From assembly GCA_964016885.1 (NCBI GenBank), contig OZ024759.1:34100001-34164000 (forward strand): a stretch of DNA of 64,000 bases. Reading direction: 5' to 3'. Positions 31,655 to 46,146 of this stretch are shown in pieces. Each line of letters opens with the position of its first letter. Position 1 is the first letter of the stretch. This DNA comes from Eledone cirrhosa. Taxonomy: Eukaryota. The notes below the pieces were generated by a model. The model was not told the origin of the DNA. It worked only from the letters and a program-made list of their open reading frames with translations, and did not search any database. Both the position numbers and the translations under genes were made by a program.

Positions 31655-31885
31655 CGAAACATAAGTCAATCGCATGAACTCATAATCTTTTATTTACTGC
31701 TATAAATATTTCGATGATAGCCGTTGAATGGCTATGACCTCATCAGGCAGTTAGTCAGTTCTTAGATATGCCATCTGTGTGTGTATAGTGTTGATGGTAT
31801 TAGAGCCAATGTTAGAAATATATACACTACGTGATGCTATATATATATATATATAGCATCACGTAGTGTATATATTTCTAACATT
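31651..31885 (-). mobile_element. TA-inserted hammerhead-bearing element ending in a perfect 78-bp TA-centred hairpin
   Basis: AATGTTAGAAATATATACACTACGTGATGC-(TA)n-GCATCACGTAGTGTATATATTTCTAACATT at 31808-31885. Confidence 0.75.
31696..31751 (-). ncRNA. Minimal type I hammerhead ribozyme motif
   Basis: The minus strand reads ACTGC CTGATGA GGTCATAGCC ATTCAAC GGCTATCATC GAAA T ATTT A TA GCAGT: 5-bp stem I, intact core, long stem II, minimal stem III, AUA triplet. Confidence 0.8.
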
Positions 31886-32087
31886 ACTGTCACTAATATG
31901 AATTTACTACTATAATATATCCACACTAATCGTAGCAATAAACCTGTCAAAATGTAAGACGTTTTAGTCATCAATTCCCAATAGTTCACTCAATTATTTT
32001 ACTTCAATTCATTTATTTATAGTTATTTATTTAAAACATTTTTAATAACTAACGTACGTCAGTCAACTAGTTGTTTTATGCGAATAT

Positions 32088-32710
32088 TTTTTATGATAAT
32101 TCCTCCCCTTTTTTAATATCTTGGCATAACTTCTTCTCCGTCTTCACTTGAGTTTTTTTTTTTTTTGTTTGAGGTAGGGACGGAAACCATACTAGATACT
32201 TTGGTGTCTGAGGAATAATTCGCTGGACATAGTTTAGAGACAAACAATGCACCGTCAGGAATCCCAGGTTTAGACCCCGAACAACATGGTTGTATATCAT
32301 CCTTGAGATTGATTAGTCTCGCTTGGAGATCGAGCTGGATATGTTGTCCTCCAGTAATATCTTTATGGTAATTCCTCTCCTATTTCAATACGTTCGCATA
32401 GGATCTTCTCAGTCGTCACTTGAGGTGTGTGGCATGGCTTTTTAAGTGGGAACGGAAACCATACTACATAGATATATATCAAAGATTCAACGTTGTTATT
32501 TGAGGTACGAATCGTTGGGCAGATTTTACGGAGAAAAAAATGCACCGCCAGGAGTCCCAGAGTTAGACCGCGAGCAAGATGGTTGGATAACGTCCATGAG
32601 ATTAGTTAATCTTGTTTGCGGATCAATCGGATCAGTTGTCCGCCATGAATATATTGATGATACTTATTCACCTGTTTTAATACCTTGGCATAGGATCTTC
32701 TACTTTCAAG
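32088..32710. repeat. Diverged tandem repeat, unit about 270-295 bp, about 2.2 copies
   Basis: Recurring blocks CGGAAACCATACTA, ATGCACCG.CAGGA.TCCCAG, TGAGATT..TTA.TCT and GCATAGGATCTTCT. Confidence 0.75.
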
Positions 32711-32793
32711 TATTGAAGAGTTTTTACATACAATGTTTTTGGATAAACAATATGCTATACATATTTACATACACATTGGTTGTTGGCATATAC

Positions 32794-32851
<58 letters not shown>

Positions 32852-33221
32852 TGCTGAAGGACTAGCGTCCAAACGTTAGAGCTGTCTTCCTGATATTTCA
32901 AGCGTTAGCCTATTATATCCCTCCATATACTGTACCGATTGTGTTCTTATTTCTATTTACCTTATACATATATATACACACATACATCTTTAATACATAT
33001 GTATATAAAGTGTATATAAATACAATATATGTAAATATATTTATATATAAATACAATATATATATATATTTATATATATATTTATATATATATATGTATT
33101 TATATATACATGCATATATGTGTGTGTGTATGTAGTAAGGTTGTTTAGATACGTCCATAGGAAGTATGCCGGTTGGGCACTGTATGCTCCTTCAGATTAT
33201 CCGTTTTCCATAGTATATATA

Positions 33222-33252
<31 letters not shown>

Positions 33253-33754
33253 GAGTGTGTCTGTTTAGTGTTCATTTAAATAAATACTTTTTATATTTTT
33301 TGTGCGTGTATATGTGTATATTTCTACGTGTGTATATTCTACATGTGTGTATGTTTAGACGTGAACATACTTAGAAGTACACAGGAAAGATTATACACAA
33401 ATCAATACCCGCAAATAGAATATATTTATTCGTTCATTCGGAAACTAAGGCTTCACTAAGTTGTTTCACTGAATTTACCACTCCATGGCAAATACACCAA
33501 GCAAACTTTATAGATTTTTAGTTTACAAAAAACACATACACTGCAGTTATATTTATGTTAATAATTAGTTAGGCGGCCCAACGTAATAACATGGCTCTAT
33601 AACTGTTGGTTTTATTGTTATAATTATTAGCTATTGCATCGAGAACTATCGCAATATATCAGATTTGTATAGTTAATGTTGTAAATGGATTGAATTCTGT
33701 GAGAAGCATCAATGCACTCTCGAAATTTCAGCAATAACTCGGGTACCTTCCTAA

Positions 33755-33822
<68 letters not shown>

Positions 33823-33868
33823 TATTCATTCACCTGTATGGATATATATACGTGTGTACATATACGTA

Positions 33869-33970
<102 letters not shown>

Positions 33971-33975
33971 GAGAG

Positions 33976-34350
33976 AGAATTCACAAGAATCAAAGCTATG
34001 TTCAAAGCATTTATTCTCTTACAATTGTTTCCTCCAAACCTAGGCTTGGTGTCTTCGGAGCATTTTTCAATGTTTTTACACATAATTGACTTCCTATCCA
34101 ACGCAGGAGAAATACAGATACATATATATATAATATATATATATTGATGTACAATGGAGTGGCATATGCCACTCCACTGTACATCATTATATATATATAT
34201 ATATTTATCTGTATGTCTCTTGCGTTGGGAAGGAGGTAAATTATGTGTACAAACATTGAAAAATGCTCCGAAGATTCCAAGCCTAGGTTTGGATGAAACA
34301 ATTGTAAGTGAATAAATGCTTTGAACATAGCTTTGATTCTTGTGAATTCT
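33976..34350. mobile_element. 375-bp palindrome with a hammerhead-like motif in each arm
   Basis: Centre GGCATATGCC (34161-34170); the arms are clearly complementary with scattered mismatches and include internal TA tracts. Confidence 0.9.
34264..34310 (+). ncRNA. Variant minimal type I hammerhead (CCGAAGA core); mirror copy at 34016-34062 (-)
   Basis: TGCT CCGAAGA TTCCAAGCCTAGGTTTGGAT GAAA C AATT G TA AGTG; palindromic stem III ACAATTGT and GUA triplet; U4 is C in both arms. Confidence 0.6.
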
Positions 34351-34881
34351 ATATAACTGCTCTGTAGAACAACTGATGTTATTACATTGAGCTATTTATC
34401 TTACTGGTAAAAAGGTAGTAATAAATTACTGACCTACACTGTTTAGGGTTTAAAATATACATAACTATAACAAGTATTAATACATACATAACTATAAATA
34501 GTATCCCTAATATTATATATATATTTATAAACTCAAGAAAATTAACAGAGGATAAGAGAACGAACGGAAAGAAAACAAAACGATAAACATTTCTTTTAAG
34601 GGGAAATCTTAAAAATTAAATAAAAAAAATAAAAAAATACAAACGAAGGTATATACATGTATTTAAGGTGAAGTGTGTGTATATGTGTATGTGTGTACAG
34701 ACAGGTAAATCCTCGAGGAATCGTAAGAGTGTCGTAGTGACTGACGAAGATTCTGGGGTATTTTAAAGGTGGATTCCAACCTGTCTCCAGATTTGAACGA
34801 AGCTGATATCTTCCAGAGAAGGAAAAAGTGAGAGAGATAGGAAGAGAATAGTTTAAGGGAAAAGTCGATACCAGTACGAGG

Positions 34882-35072
34882 TACCAGTAATACACTGGAA
34901 TAATTGCTGGTCTTGTGCCAAAAGTAGAAACAGTATTATATGTGTATAGTCACCAGTAATACGCTGGGATAATTGCTGGTCTTGTGCCAAAAGTAGAAAC
35001 AGTATTATATGTGTATAGTCACCAGTAATACACTGGGATAATTGCTGGTCTTGTGCCACAAGTAGAAACACA
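34882..35072 (+). repeat. Three tandem 69-bp copies of the Meta-SINE 3' tail
   Basis: ACCAGTAATAC starts at 34883, 34952 and 35021. Confidence 0.9.
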
Positions 35073-35097
35073 TATTTCTATCTACCACCGCTTCAAA

Positions 35098-35625
35098 TAA
35101 TTGTTTCTACATATTGTGCAAAGCCAGCAATTTGAATGGAAGGGGATAGCCGACTAAATCAACCCTAATACATTACTGGTACTTTATTTTTTCAACCGTT
35201 TAAGGATGAAAAGGAAAGCTAACTTCGGCGGGATTTGGACTCAGAAGGTAAAGCGTTAATCCAGCACCCTATCTACCCAGGAAAATAATTTTCTACTTTA
35301 GGTACACGGCCAGTAATTTGTAGGGAAGCGGGAAAGGTGATTATATCGATGCCCAGTGCATTACTGATACTTTATTTTATCGACCCCGAAAATAATTGTT
35401 TCTTATATAGGCACAAGGCCATCAATTTTTGGGGAGGGGAAAGTCTATTAAATCGACCCCAGTGCGTGGCTGGTACTTTATTTTATCGATCCCGTAAGGA
35501 TGAAAAGCAAAATTAACCTCGGCGGGATTTGAACTCAGATCATAAAGGGCCGTAACTCTATGCTGCAAAGCATGGCGTCCGGCTCTATACCGATACTGCC
35601 AATCCACCTCCCTATCGACCCCGAA
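35098..35625 (-). mobile_element. Cluster of three Meta-domain SINEs (long form)
   Basis: Copies at about 35098-35275, 35285-35390 and 35394-35608; the last is full length with A box TGGCAGTATCGG and B box GAGTTCAAATCCC on the minus strand. Confidence 0.88.
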
Positions 35626-35739
35626 AATAATGAAATCAAATCTAATTTGACCTTAGCTGTGTTTGAACTAATAGCACAGAAAACCGTATGAATACAGCAA
35701 AGCCTTCTATCTGCCATTCTAACGACGGTGATTTACACA

Positions 35740-36512
35740 CATTCACACACACACACATACAGGTGCACCTAAATACGCACACACACATTTGCATACACAT
35801 ATGCCCACATACGCATATACACACTTACATACACATATGTACCCACATACAGCTTTACACGGATACATACAAATACACACATAAATATACGTACACAGGT
35901 ACACATATACGTAGACACAAACACATACAGATACATACAGATACCCGCACACACGCATACACACGGATATACACACACACACACTACACACATAAATATA
36001 AATACGCAGATACAGATATCTATACGTACACACACGCATACACAGATACATACAGATACTCGCACACACATGCATATACACACAAACAGCCATAGACATA
36101 CACATACATATACACATACACACATACACGGCCATAGACATACACACGTACACGCACATTCATACACACATCCATAGACACACACATACACATTCACACA
36201 GCCATATACATACACATACATACACATACACATACACACACATACAGCCATATATATACACACACACATACACATTCACACATACACAGCCATAGACACG
36301 CACACACATACAGCCACACACACACTCACACACAATCCCACAAATACAGCCACACACACACGCGCACATACACACACACACACACAATCTCACACATACA
36401 GCCACACATACACACACACACACACACACAATCCCACACAATCTCCCCCACACATGCACACACACACACACACACGCACACACACACACACACACACGCA
36501 CTCACACACACA
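35740..36512. repeat. Degenerate (CA)n tract with CAGCCA variants
   Basis: Visible directly. Confidence 0.92.
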
Positions 36513-36974
36513 GCTAAATCACATGATGAAATGTTAACCAGTTATCAAGAGATTCCTGCTGATTTTAATGTTATCTTTATATAAATTCCTGAACAAAATA
36601 ATAAGTTCACTTTTCTTAAAATGTATTTTTTAGTTCGATGTTTATCTGGTGTTACCCAAACGGAAATACTCGAATGTTGCCGGAATTTGTCGATGTTGTG
36701 TCAATTCGTGAATAAACTAAGATATTGTATTTAGATTATTTTAGGATTGAGTTATATGTACTTTTCGTCATTGTATAATTTTGTTTTTTTCTCCAAGCAA
36801 TTTATATAGGATCTGATGTGCCTCCTCCTCTACCACTACTACTACCCTACCCTCTATCAATGCTGCACTACCTCCACTACTAGCATCACTGCCACCACCA
36901 CTCAACCACCTACAATACCATCACGATCTTTACCACCACCACCACGCTCTTTACCACCACTACCACTATTAACA

Positions 36975-37720
36975 CTACAAACACCATTCCACTATTAACA
37001 CTACCAACACCATCCTACTATCAACACCACCAACACCACCCTACTATCAACACCACCAACACCACCCTACTATCAACACCACCAACACCACCCTACTATC
37101 AACACCACCAACACCACCCTACTATCAACACCACCAACACCACCCTACTACCAAGACCACCAACACCAGCCTACTATCAACACCACCAACACCACCCTAC
37201 TATCAACACCACCAACAACACCCTACTATCAACACCACCAACACCACCCTACTACCAAGACCACCAACACCACCCTACTATCAACACCACCAACACCACC
37301 CTACTATCAACACCACCAACACCACCCTACTATCAACACCACCAACACCACCCTACTACCAAGACCACCAACACCATCCTACTATCAACACCACCAACAC
37401 CAGCCCACTATTAACACTACCAACACCATCCTACTATCAACACCACCAACACCACCCCACTATCAACACCACCAACACCACCCTACTATCAACACCACAA
37501 ACACCACCAACACTACCCTACTATTAACACCACAAACACCACCAACACCACCCTACTATCAACACCACCAACACCACCCTACTATCAACACCACAAACAC
37601 CACCAACACCACCCTACTACCAACACCACCAACACCACCCTACTATCAACACCACAAACACCACCAACACCACCCTACTACCAACACCACCAACACCACC
37701 CTACTATTAACACCACCACA
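36975..37720. repeat. 26-bp minisatellite TCAACACCACCAACACCACCCTACTA with 35-bp variants
   Basis: More than 25 near-identical tandem units. Confidence 0.95.
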
Positions 37721-37844
37721 ATTCCTGATTTACACGAGTACTCTTAATTTATTAACATTGGTGTCATGTGGTTATTTTTTTAGGTGCCAGGTGCACCTTG
37801 AAGTTGTTATTTTGGTTCCTCTTTTGATCAAATCATTAGGAGAG

Positions 37845-38030
37845 TGTTTGACTTAGGGGTTAGATAGTTGGATACACAGTCACAAGTCTGAGGGTTCAAT
37901 TCCCGGACCGGGCGATATGTTATGTTCTTCAGCAAGACATTTTATTTCACGTTGCTATTTTCCTACCATGAGTTGCGATTGGTAGATAATATGAGCAATG
38001 GTAAGACCAATGGAAACATTGATTCCTCGG
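37845..38030 (+). mobile_element. CORE-SINE-derived unit related to the 22770-23450 array
   Basis: GGGTTCAATTCCCGGACCGGGCGAT..CAGCAAGACATTTTATTTCACGTTGCTATTT..GTTGCGATTGGTAGATAAT. Confidence 0.7.
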
Positions 38031-38616
38031 TTCGATTTCCCGAATTCCATACCATTTGTTAGGCGAATGAGGTTTGAGATGTTGTCATTCGATTCCTTTT
38101 TCCCCCTCTTAACTATGAAGCTTTAGTTAATCTCATTTCGCTTTCACAGTGTATATTTCAAGTGTTACATGAATAAGGCATTAGTGTTCCACATCTTACT
38201 GCATACCACATGTTATATAGTTGATACATCTTTTCTGACATGGTCTCAACTTAAGGTTACAGCTCAAACTAATATTTATACAGTTTCTCCTCAAAAGTTT
38301 TTATTAACAATAGTGAATACGAATATAGTTATACACCATGACAAAGGTTGAGGTGAACACTTTTGGGGATTAAAGAAATGGACACGGCAGACAATTATAA
38401 ATAAGCAACGTTGTCTCGTATTTCGGTTGGAGTCTCGTTTGCAAGTCCCGCGGTTTGTAGTCGGCTGTTACGCCTGAGATAAAATTGTCAGTACCCTTGT
38501 ATTGTAGAAGATATAAGCAGTTCAAAGGGTTATAAAATTCAGAAAAAAAATTGGATGCAGATCTTATAATGTTAAGGGGAATATTAGTAGTGCAGTACGT
38601 TTGGTGTGATATGATA

Positions 38617-38908
38617 ATAATTGTTTCTACTGTTGGCACAAGGCCAGCAATGAACCAGTGTATTACTGGTACTTTATTTTACCGATACTGCCAATCCACC
38701 GCCCTATCGACCCCGAAAATAATTGTTTCTACTTTTGGCACAAGTGTTAATCAATTATCCCAGTACATTACTGGTACTTTATTTTATTGACCCCATAAGG
38801 ATGAAAGGCAAAGTTAACCTCAGCGGGATTTGAACTCAGAATGGCAAGGGCCGTAACTCTATGCGTCGAAGCATAGCGTCCGACCCTCTACCGATGCCGC
38901 CAATCCAC
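38617..38908 (-). mobile_element. Two tandem Meta-domain SINEs (short form; first internally deleted)
   Basis: Family motifs; the second copy is full length (38720-38908). Confidence 0.88.
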
Positions 38909-39580
38909 GATAATAATATAAGCATTCTCGAACCACTGATGTTTAATGCTCTATTGTAAAAGATACCATATTAACAATGTTTTGTTATTGCTGTGTAGGT
39001 TTGCTGTAGATTTTCTTACAGGGAACATTAAACATTGGAGACCTTTGACAATAGTTTTTTAAGACTGTCAGATTAATCTCCCGAATTAAGTTGTAGAGAT
39101 AGCAAAGAATTAATGTATATTAACATTAGGTTTGTGGATAGCTTTAGGCCTTCAGAGGTAGCTAGATGCAGAGGGGCACATAAACAAGCAGAGATGAAAG
39201 CCGGCTTAACATATATAAACTTACAACAAACCTCACGTGACTGGATATATATATACGATAAAATATGTAATGTATATATATATAAGAAAAGTATATAATA
39301 TATATATATAATATATTATACATATATATATATATATATAAATATATAATATATATAAAATACAAAATATATAATATATAAATATATATGTAAATATATA
39401 ATATATATATAATAAATATATATATAATATATATATTCAGATATGTGGATATGTATACAAAATTATTTCTACGTGTGCATAATAGAGTTTTTGTTATAGT
39501 GAATGTGTATGAATATATACATATATATATATATATCATAAAACATGTCTATAGAATCTCCAGATAAAATATATACCAAC

Positions 39581-40056
<476 letters not shown>

Positions 40057-40598
40057 ATATATATATACACACACACACATACATACATATTTGTTCATGT
40101 GTGTGTGTGTAAGTCTGCATGTGTGTGCATCTTGAAAAATACCCATGAGTGAGAGAGTAGAACACTATTGGAGGAGGACGATAAGAATTGTATATTAAAA
40201 TTTCAATAAGGTAGGTGCTTTTTACGTGTTGGTTTACATTTATATATTCCTGTTTTCTATACCATTATTATTATTATCTATGTTACTATGATTATTATTC
40301 TTATTAACATTGTTATTATTATCATTATTATTATTTTTTTATTTCTATACTTTTAAGATATAATTTTATTGCTTGTCGTCTTTGAAACAAACAAGCTTTG
40401 AAATTTTAATAAATCACAGATTTATTGCAAAAAGAAAATATTTGCAGTTTTTCCGATATTATCTTCAGGAATTTTCGGATATAATCTTGGAAGAGTTCCA
40501 AGTAATAAAAATGTGATATTTAACCTGGTCTGGTCGGGCATTGCATTGACGAGTCGTGATCTTCTAGTCTGTCTCTTTTGTGGGACATACATATAGAG

Positions 40599-40660
<62 letters not shown>

Positions 40661-42957
40661 TGTGTGTGTCTGTATATATATATACACACACATATATATA
40701 TACACCTATACACACATACATATATATAGATATAAATATATTTAAATGTATATATATATACATAGACAAAGTTTGCCTTGTTTTTATAAATATACGAGTG
40801 TATGTGTGCTCATATATATAAAACACACCATGTTTAATATATATACATTTACAGATATTAGTGACTGATCGAAGTAAGGCTATGGATATTTAAAAACAAA
40901 CAAAATATTCTACATTGATGAATTTCTGGACAAATTAGAAAGTTATGGTAGAGTGTGATTAATAGAAGAGTTATACAAGAAAAAGACATTTAAAGTAGAA
41001 ACTTTTTGCTGGAATTGTAAATCTAAGTGAAAAATTTAAAACTGCGTGTATACGTTTAGAATATTCTATGTGTTGATGCATTGTCAAATTATTTATCTAA
41101 TTGGTCTTAAAATTAATTGCAAATGCTTCCTTCAAGTTTTACTTCCCTAAAAATTTAATCAGTCTCCGAGCTATTAAAGAATTATTAATAAGATTAAAGC
41201 TAATACGAACAGAAAATTGCTAAACGCCATCATGGGAAAAAAAATAACATAAAAAGGCTCGATATATATATATGAAAAAATATTCAAAATAATATAGAAA
41301 ATACGCCTTCATTAATTCTACGGCTTGAAATAGACAACGATTAATCTTTAATAATCTGGTCAAATTTTGAAAATCATAAACGTTTTCAATATTTCGTATT
41401 TGCCTAATTGTTAGTTTTGTTCGTTGTTTGTTGTTTATTTTGAGTGTAAGATATTGCTTTAATGCTTTTTAATTTCATTTTAGTTTTCTATTCGATTTCT
41501 CAAAATTTCAGAAAAATGTTGAGACTAAATTCTGAACATTTCAATTGAAACACCAAGAAAATAGAAGCAATCAAATGCAATCATGTTACTGTTATTGTTG
41601 CTGTTGTTTCTTTTATTGTTGTTGTTGTTCTTGCTAAGCACAAGGACAGCCCTTTAATTAAATGCGTTTTTTTTCCCTTCTTATTAAGCAACAGATAAAC
41701 CCTGATTGCGCAATTACTCGACTGGTTTGTTACTGTTGGTTGTTATTTCAAGTAAAACCTTGATCGTGTGTACCTCTAAATAATAAGTTGTCAAAAACTA
41801 TGTTCTATCTTTCTATTAATTTGACGGACCTAGTGGTAACCATGAACTTACGCTCGTGATGTCGTGGGTTTGACTTTAAGGACCAAATCATTTGCTTGGG
41901 GTCGGGGGTTCTTGTCTGAAGACATTCTGCATTCCAGTATGAAATGTTCATAAGCTGAGCAAGACACTCTATTGGAATGACGAAATGTGGTTTATATTTC
42001 AACAAAACTACTGGAAAGAAACAATGCAGTTATTAAAAGGAAGAGTTGAAATTAATGCACGGAAGATTACACAGCTCTAACATTAATACTACGAAATGCA
42101 GTCAAAGGTGCGTAAACTCTATAAAAACAAAAACAAAAGCAAACAAACACGATAAGGTTTAAAATATTGGGTAAATGTAGTTAGTTATGTCTGTATGTAT
42201 GTCTGTTTATCTGATTGTCTGTATGCATGACTGTCTGACTGTATGTATGTATGTATGTCTATCTGCCTATCTGTCTGTATATAATGTCTGTATATAATGT
42301 CTGTATGTCTGTCGGATCAGGTGAACTAGATTGATTTAATTTTTTCGACCAATTCTCGTAGGTATTCTACACTCTCATGTCTGAAAATGCCAGAGAATGG
42401 GAGCGAACCAGAGACACAAACATTCGAGGGCGATCACTTTAACAATTCGTTATAGAAACAAATATATTATATTATACTGATTCACACACAATATGTTTGA
42501 AAATGTTATTGGATGGTCATAGCTGGAAAGATTTGTTCAATCACAGATCACATGGGGCTGCAAAAACCGAATATATATAACCAATTTATTGGATTCCGAT
42601 AGCAATAATTAAGAAGCCGAAATACTGAAGTTTCATATACCTCACTTTGAAATGGTCACCACGGGACCTGCATATGCCATTGTAAATACCATTGACTTTC
42701 ATTTATAAACAACAAACCAGCCAGAGTTTGGCATAAATGGTGTGTGTCTACGTAAATATATTTATGAACTGTCACATGTTTATCACTCCTCACTGATAAA
42801 ACTGAATATGACTGAAAATACGTCCATCATGAGACACACAGAGGTGAGATACGTAGTAAATCAATATCCATTCACAAGAATATCTATTGTAAATCTCATA
42901 AGTTATACATACATATTATGTACATATGTGTGTGTGTGTGTAGACATGTGCATATAA

Positions 42958-43073
<116 letters not shown>

Positions 43074-43167
43074 ATATATATATGTGTATATATGCTTATG
43101 TGTGCGTATATGTAAGTGTGCCACTATATATGTGTATGTTTATGTACCATACGTGTATGTATATATA

Positions 43168-43203
<36 letters not shown>

Positions 43204-43619
43204 TGTTTCAGTAGAATATAAACATGCACATATATACCCACATATATACATGTGAGTTTATGAACACACGGAAGCATGACTGCACACAAAAGCACACACA
43301 CACACCACAGACACACATATATATATATATATAAACACACACATACACACACACATATATATATATATATAAACACACACAGACACACGTGTATGAGTTT
43401 GTATGCATGTATAGGTATATGCTATCATGACTGCATGTGTGTGTAGGAGTGAGTGAGTGTGTGTTCATCAGTTTTGTATGTCAATAAATAATATTTAATT
43501 GGCTATATGCAATATAAATTATATTAAGAAAAAAAAGCGAAACAAACATAGAACAATTTTCCCGACCTAGGCGTTTAACGTGATAAATAAAAAAAAACAC
43601 TGCATAGAACACACACCAA

Positions 43620-43638
43620 ATATATATATATATGTATA

Positions 43639-43721
<83 letters not shown>

Positions 43722-43954
43722 GTATATATATGTATATATATATGTATCTATATATATCTATATGTGTATATATATGTATATGTGTATATATATATGTATA
43801 TATATATGTGTATATATATGTATATATATGTATATATATATGTGTATATATATGTGTATATATATGTATATATGTATATGTATATATGTATGTATATATT
43901 TATATATGTATATGTATATATGTATGTATATATATGTATATGTATATATGTATG

Positions 43955-44001
<47 letters not shown>

Positions 44002-44226
44002 GTATATATATATGTATATATATGTATATATATATGTATGTATGTATATATATATATGTATGTATATATGTATATATATGTATATATATATATGTATATA
44101 TATATATGTGTATGTATATATATATGTGTATATATATATATATATATGTATGTATATATATATATGTATGTATATATATATGTATATATATATGTATATA
44201 TATATATGTATGTATATATATATATG

Positions 44227-44258
<32 letters not shown>

Positions 44259-44370
44259 TGTATGTATATATATATATGTGTATATATATATGTATATATA
44301 TATGTATATATATATATATGTATATATATATGTATATATATATGTATATATATATATGTATATATATATG

Positions 44371-44437
<67 letters not shown>

Positions 44438-44458
44438 GTATATATATTTATATATATG

Positions 44459-44531
<73 letters not shown>

Positions 44532-44532
44532 G

Positions 44533-44615
<83 letters not shown>

Positions 44616-44672
44616 GTATATATATATATGTATATATATATATATGTATATATATATATGTATATATATATT
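43620..44672. repeat. Complex (TA)n array with TGTA interruptions
   Basis: Visible directly. Confidence 0.97.
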
Positions 44673-45018
44673 AACGGAAAAAATGAAACGAATTTTCAGT
44701 TCCCACTGTCAGTACGGCTGTTACTTAAATATAAGTATGTACACGTACATACATATATGTATACAGACGTACAGTAGTATGTATATATATACATACATGC
44801 AAACATATATATATATATGTACGTATGGATTCATCGAACATTTATTATGATGCTCGGTGTGTTTGTAAACAAACATCCCGTATTAAGCCGTAGTGTCTAG
44901 CAACCATCGTTGCTCGTTTGTTCAACACTGACAAAGGAACGCTGTACTAGTTTCAAGCTTATTAGCTATCGTCAGCAACGTATACCTTCCTGCCAGATAG
45001 CTGAACGTATATACTTAC

Positions 45019-45138
45019 CTTATGCATATTAACGGCTGAGTAGCCCAATTTGCATATTGAGTGGGTTAACCGGCCGCGTGTACCGAAAACGATAAGTCTC
45101 GACTGCAGTCTCGCTGATCCGTGTCTGACGTGTCTGCA
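45019..45138 (-). other. Candidate 120-nt spliced exon
   Basis: Acceptor GCATTTTTATAG| and consensus donor AAG|GTAAGTAT; CpG-rich unique sequence; open in phase 0 (CRHVRHGSARLQSRLIVFGTRGRLTHSICKLGYSAVNMHK); protein not recognised. Confidence 0.35.
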
Positions 45139-46146
45139 CTATAAAAATGCATCAACGCTGTGAGTTTGATACATATTATCAAGAGATCCCCCAGAAGAAA
45201 GGTCTGTCTTGATACATTCGTAGCAAGTCTCTTGATAAGCCATATCGACCTCCCAAACATGAAGCATTTTTATAATACCAGAACTACCAGCAGCTCCAAC
45301 AATAGTAACACTAACAACAAGACCTCCACCACCATCAGTTACAATATCATTAAGATTTCCACCATCTCCACCACGAACAACAACAAAAATAACAGAAAAC
45401 ATCAATAATAAATATAAGAACATTAGCAATTGTTGCTACCTCGTCACGAGCAGTAGTACTTGTGGGTACGATCATTTATTAATTAAGACTTTGCCACACT
45501 AATTAACATTAACTAAACAAGATTAACGACATTCGAGGTGACTGATATAATATGAAAGTGCTGTTAAGCAATTGTTTTGAATCATTTCCAAGTTTAATTG
45601 TATAGTCGTAAGTATAGGAACCTCTGCTAATAATCTATCAACATGATATTTAAATATATAACTACATACTATATATGTAGATGGCAAGCGAAGTTGTAGA
45701 ACAAGTAACCTTTGCGTGAAAGTGTTAAAGGACACATCAGTTAATACAGTGTTAGATTAAAATTAGTGTGAAATGAAATGGGCTGGAATGGAATTAACTG
45801 GAATATAGTGAACTTTTATTGCTATGTGCTTCCTATGAGTCTTCCTGTTGTTCAACTAATGGAGGAGGAAAGTTTTGCTTTTGAAATTAACGTAAGAATC
45901 ACTCTAGGTAAAGTTTACAGAGATTTCAGTTCCGAATTCAGAGATTTCAGTTCCGATACTATGGGCATGTGGTTAGAATATCTCAGCAAAGAATCACTGG
46001 ACATATTTGTAGCTCGGAGATAAGAGAATTCCAAGTAGAGCGACTATTTCTGCGAACTGAGGGATCATAACTCCGATACTATGGACATGTCATTAGAGTG
46101 TCTCAGGGGAGAATCATTGGATTCACGCAAGAAACGCTACCACTTC

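Noticed and set aside
36975-37720. Regular short repeat array that might be taken for CRISPR
   Set aside because: There are no unique spacers, the context is eukaryotic and there are no cas genes; it is a minisatellite.
45011-45020. ATACTTACCT, identical to the 5' end of U1 snRNA
   Set aside because: The following sequence is not U1; it is better explained as a minus-strand splice donor.
45917-46125. 21-bp and about 120-bp local tandem duplications
   Set aside because: They are real but short, and look like ordinary slippage products with no further structure.
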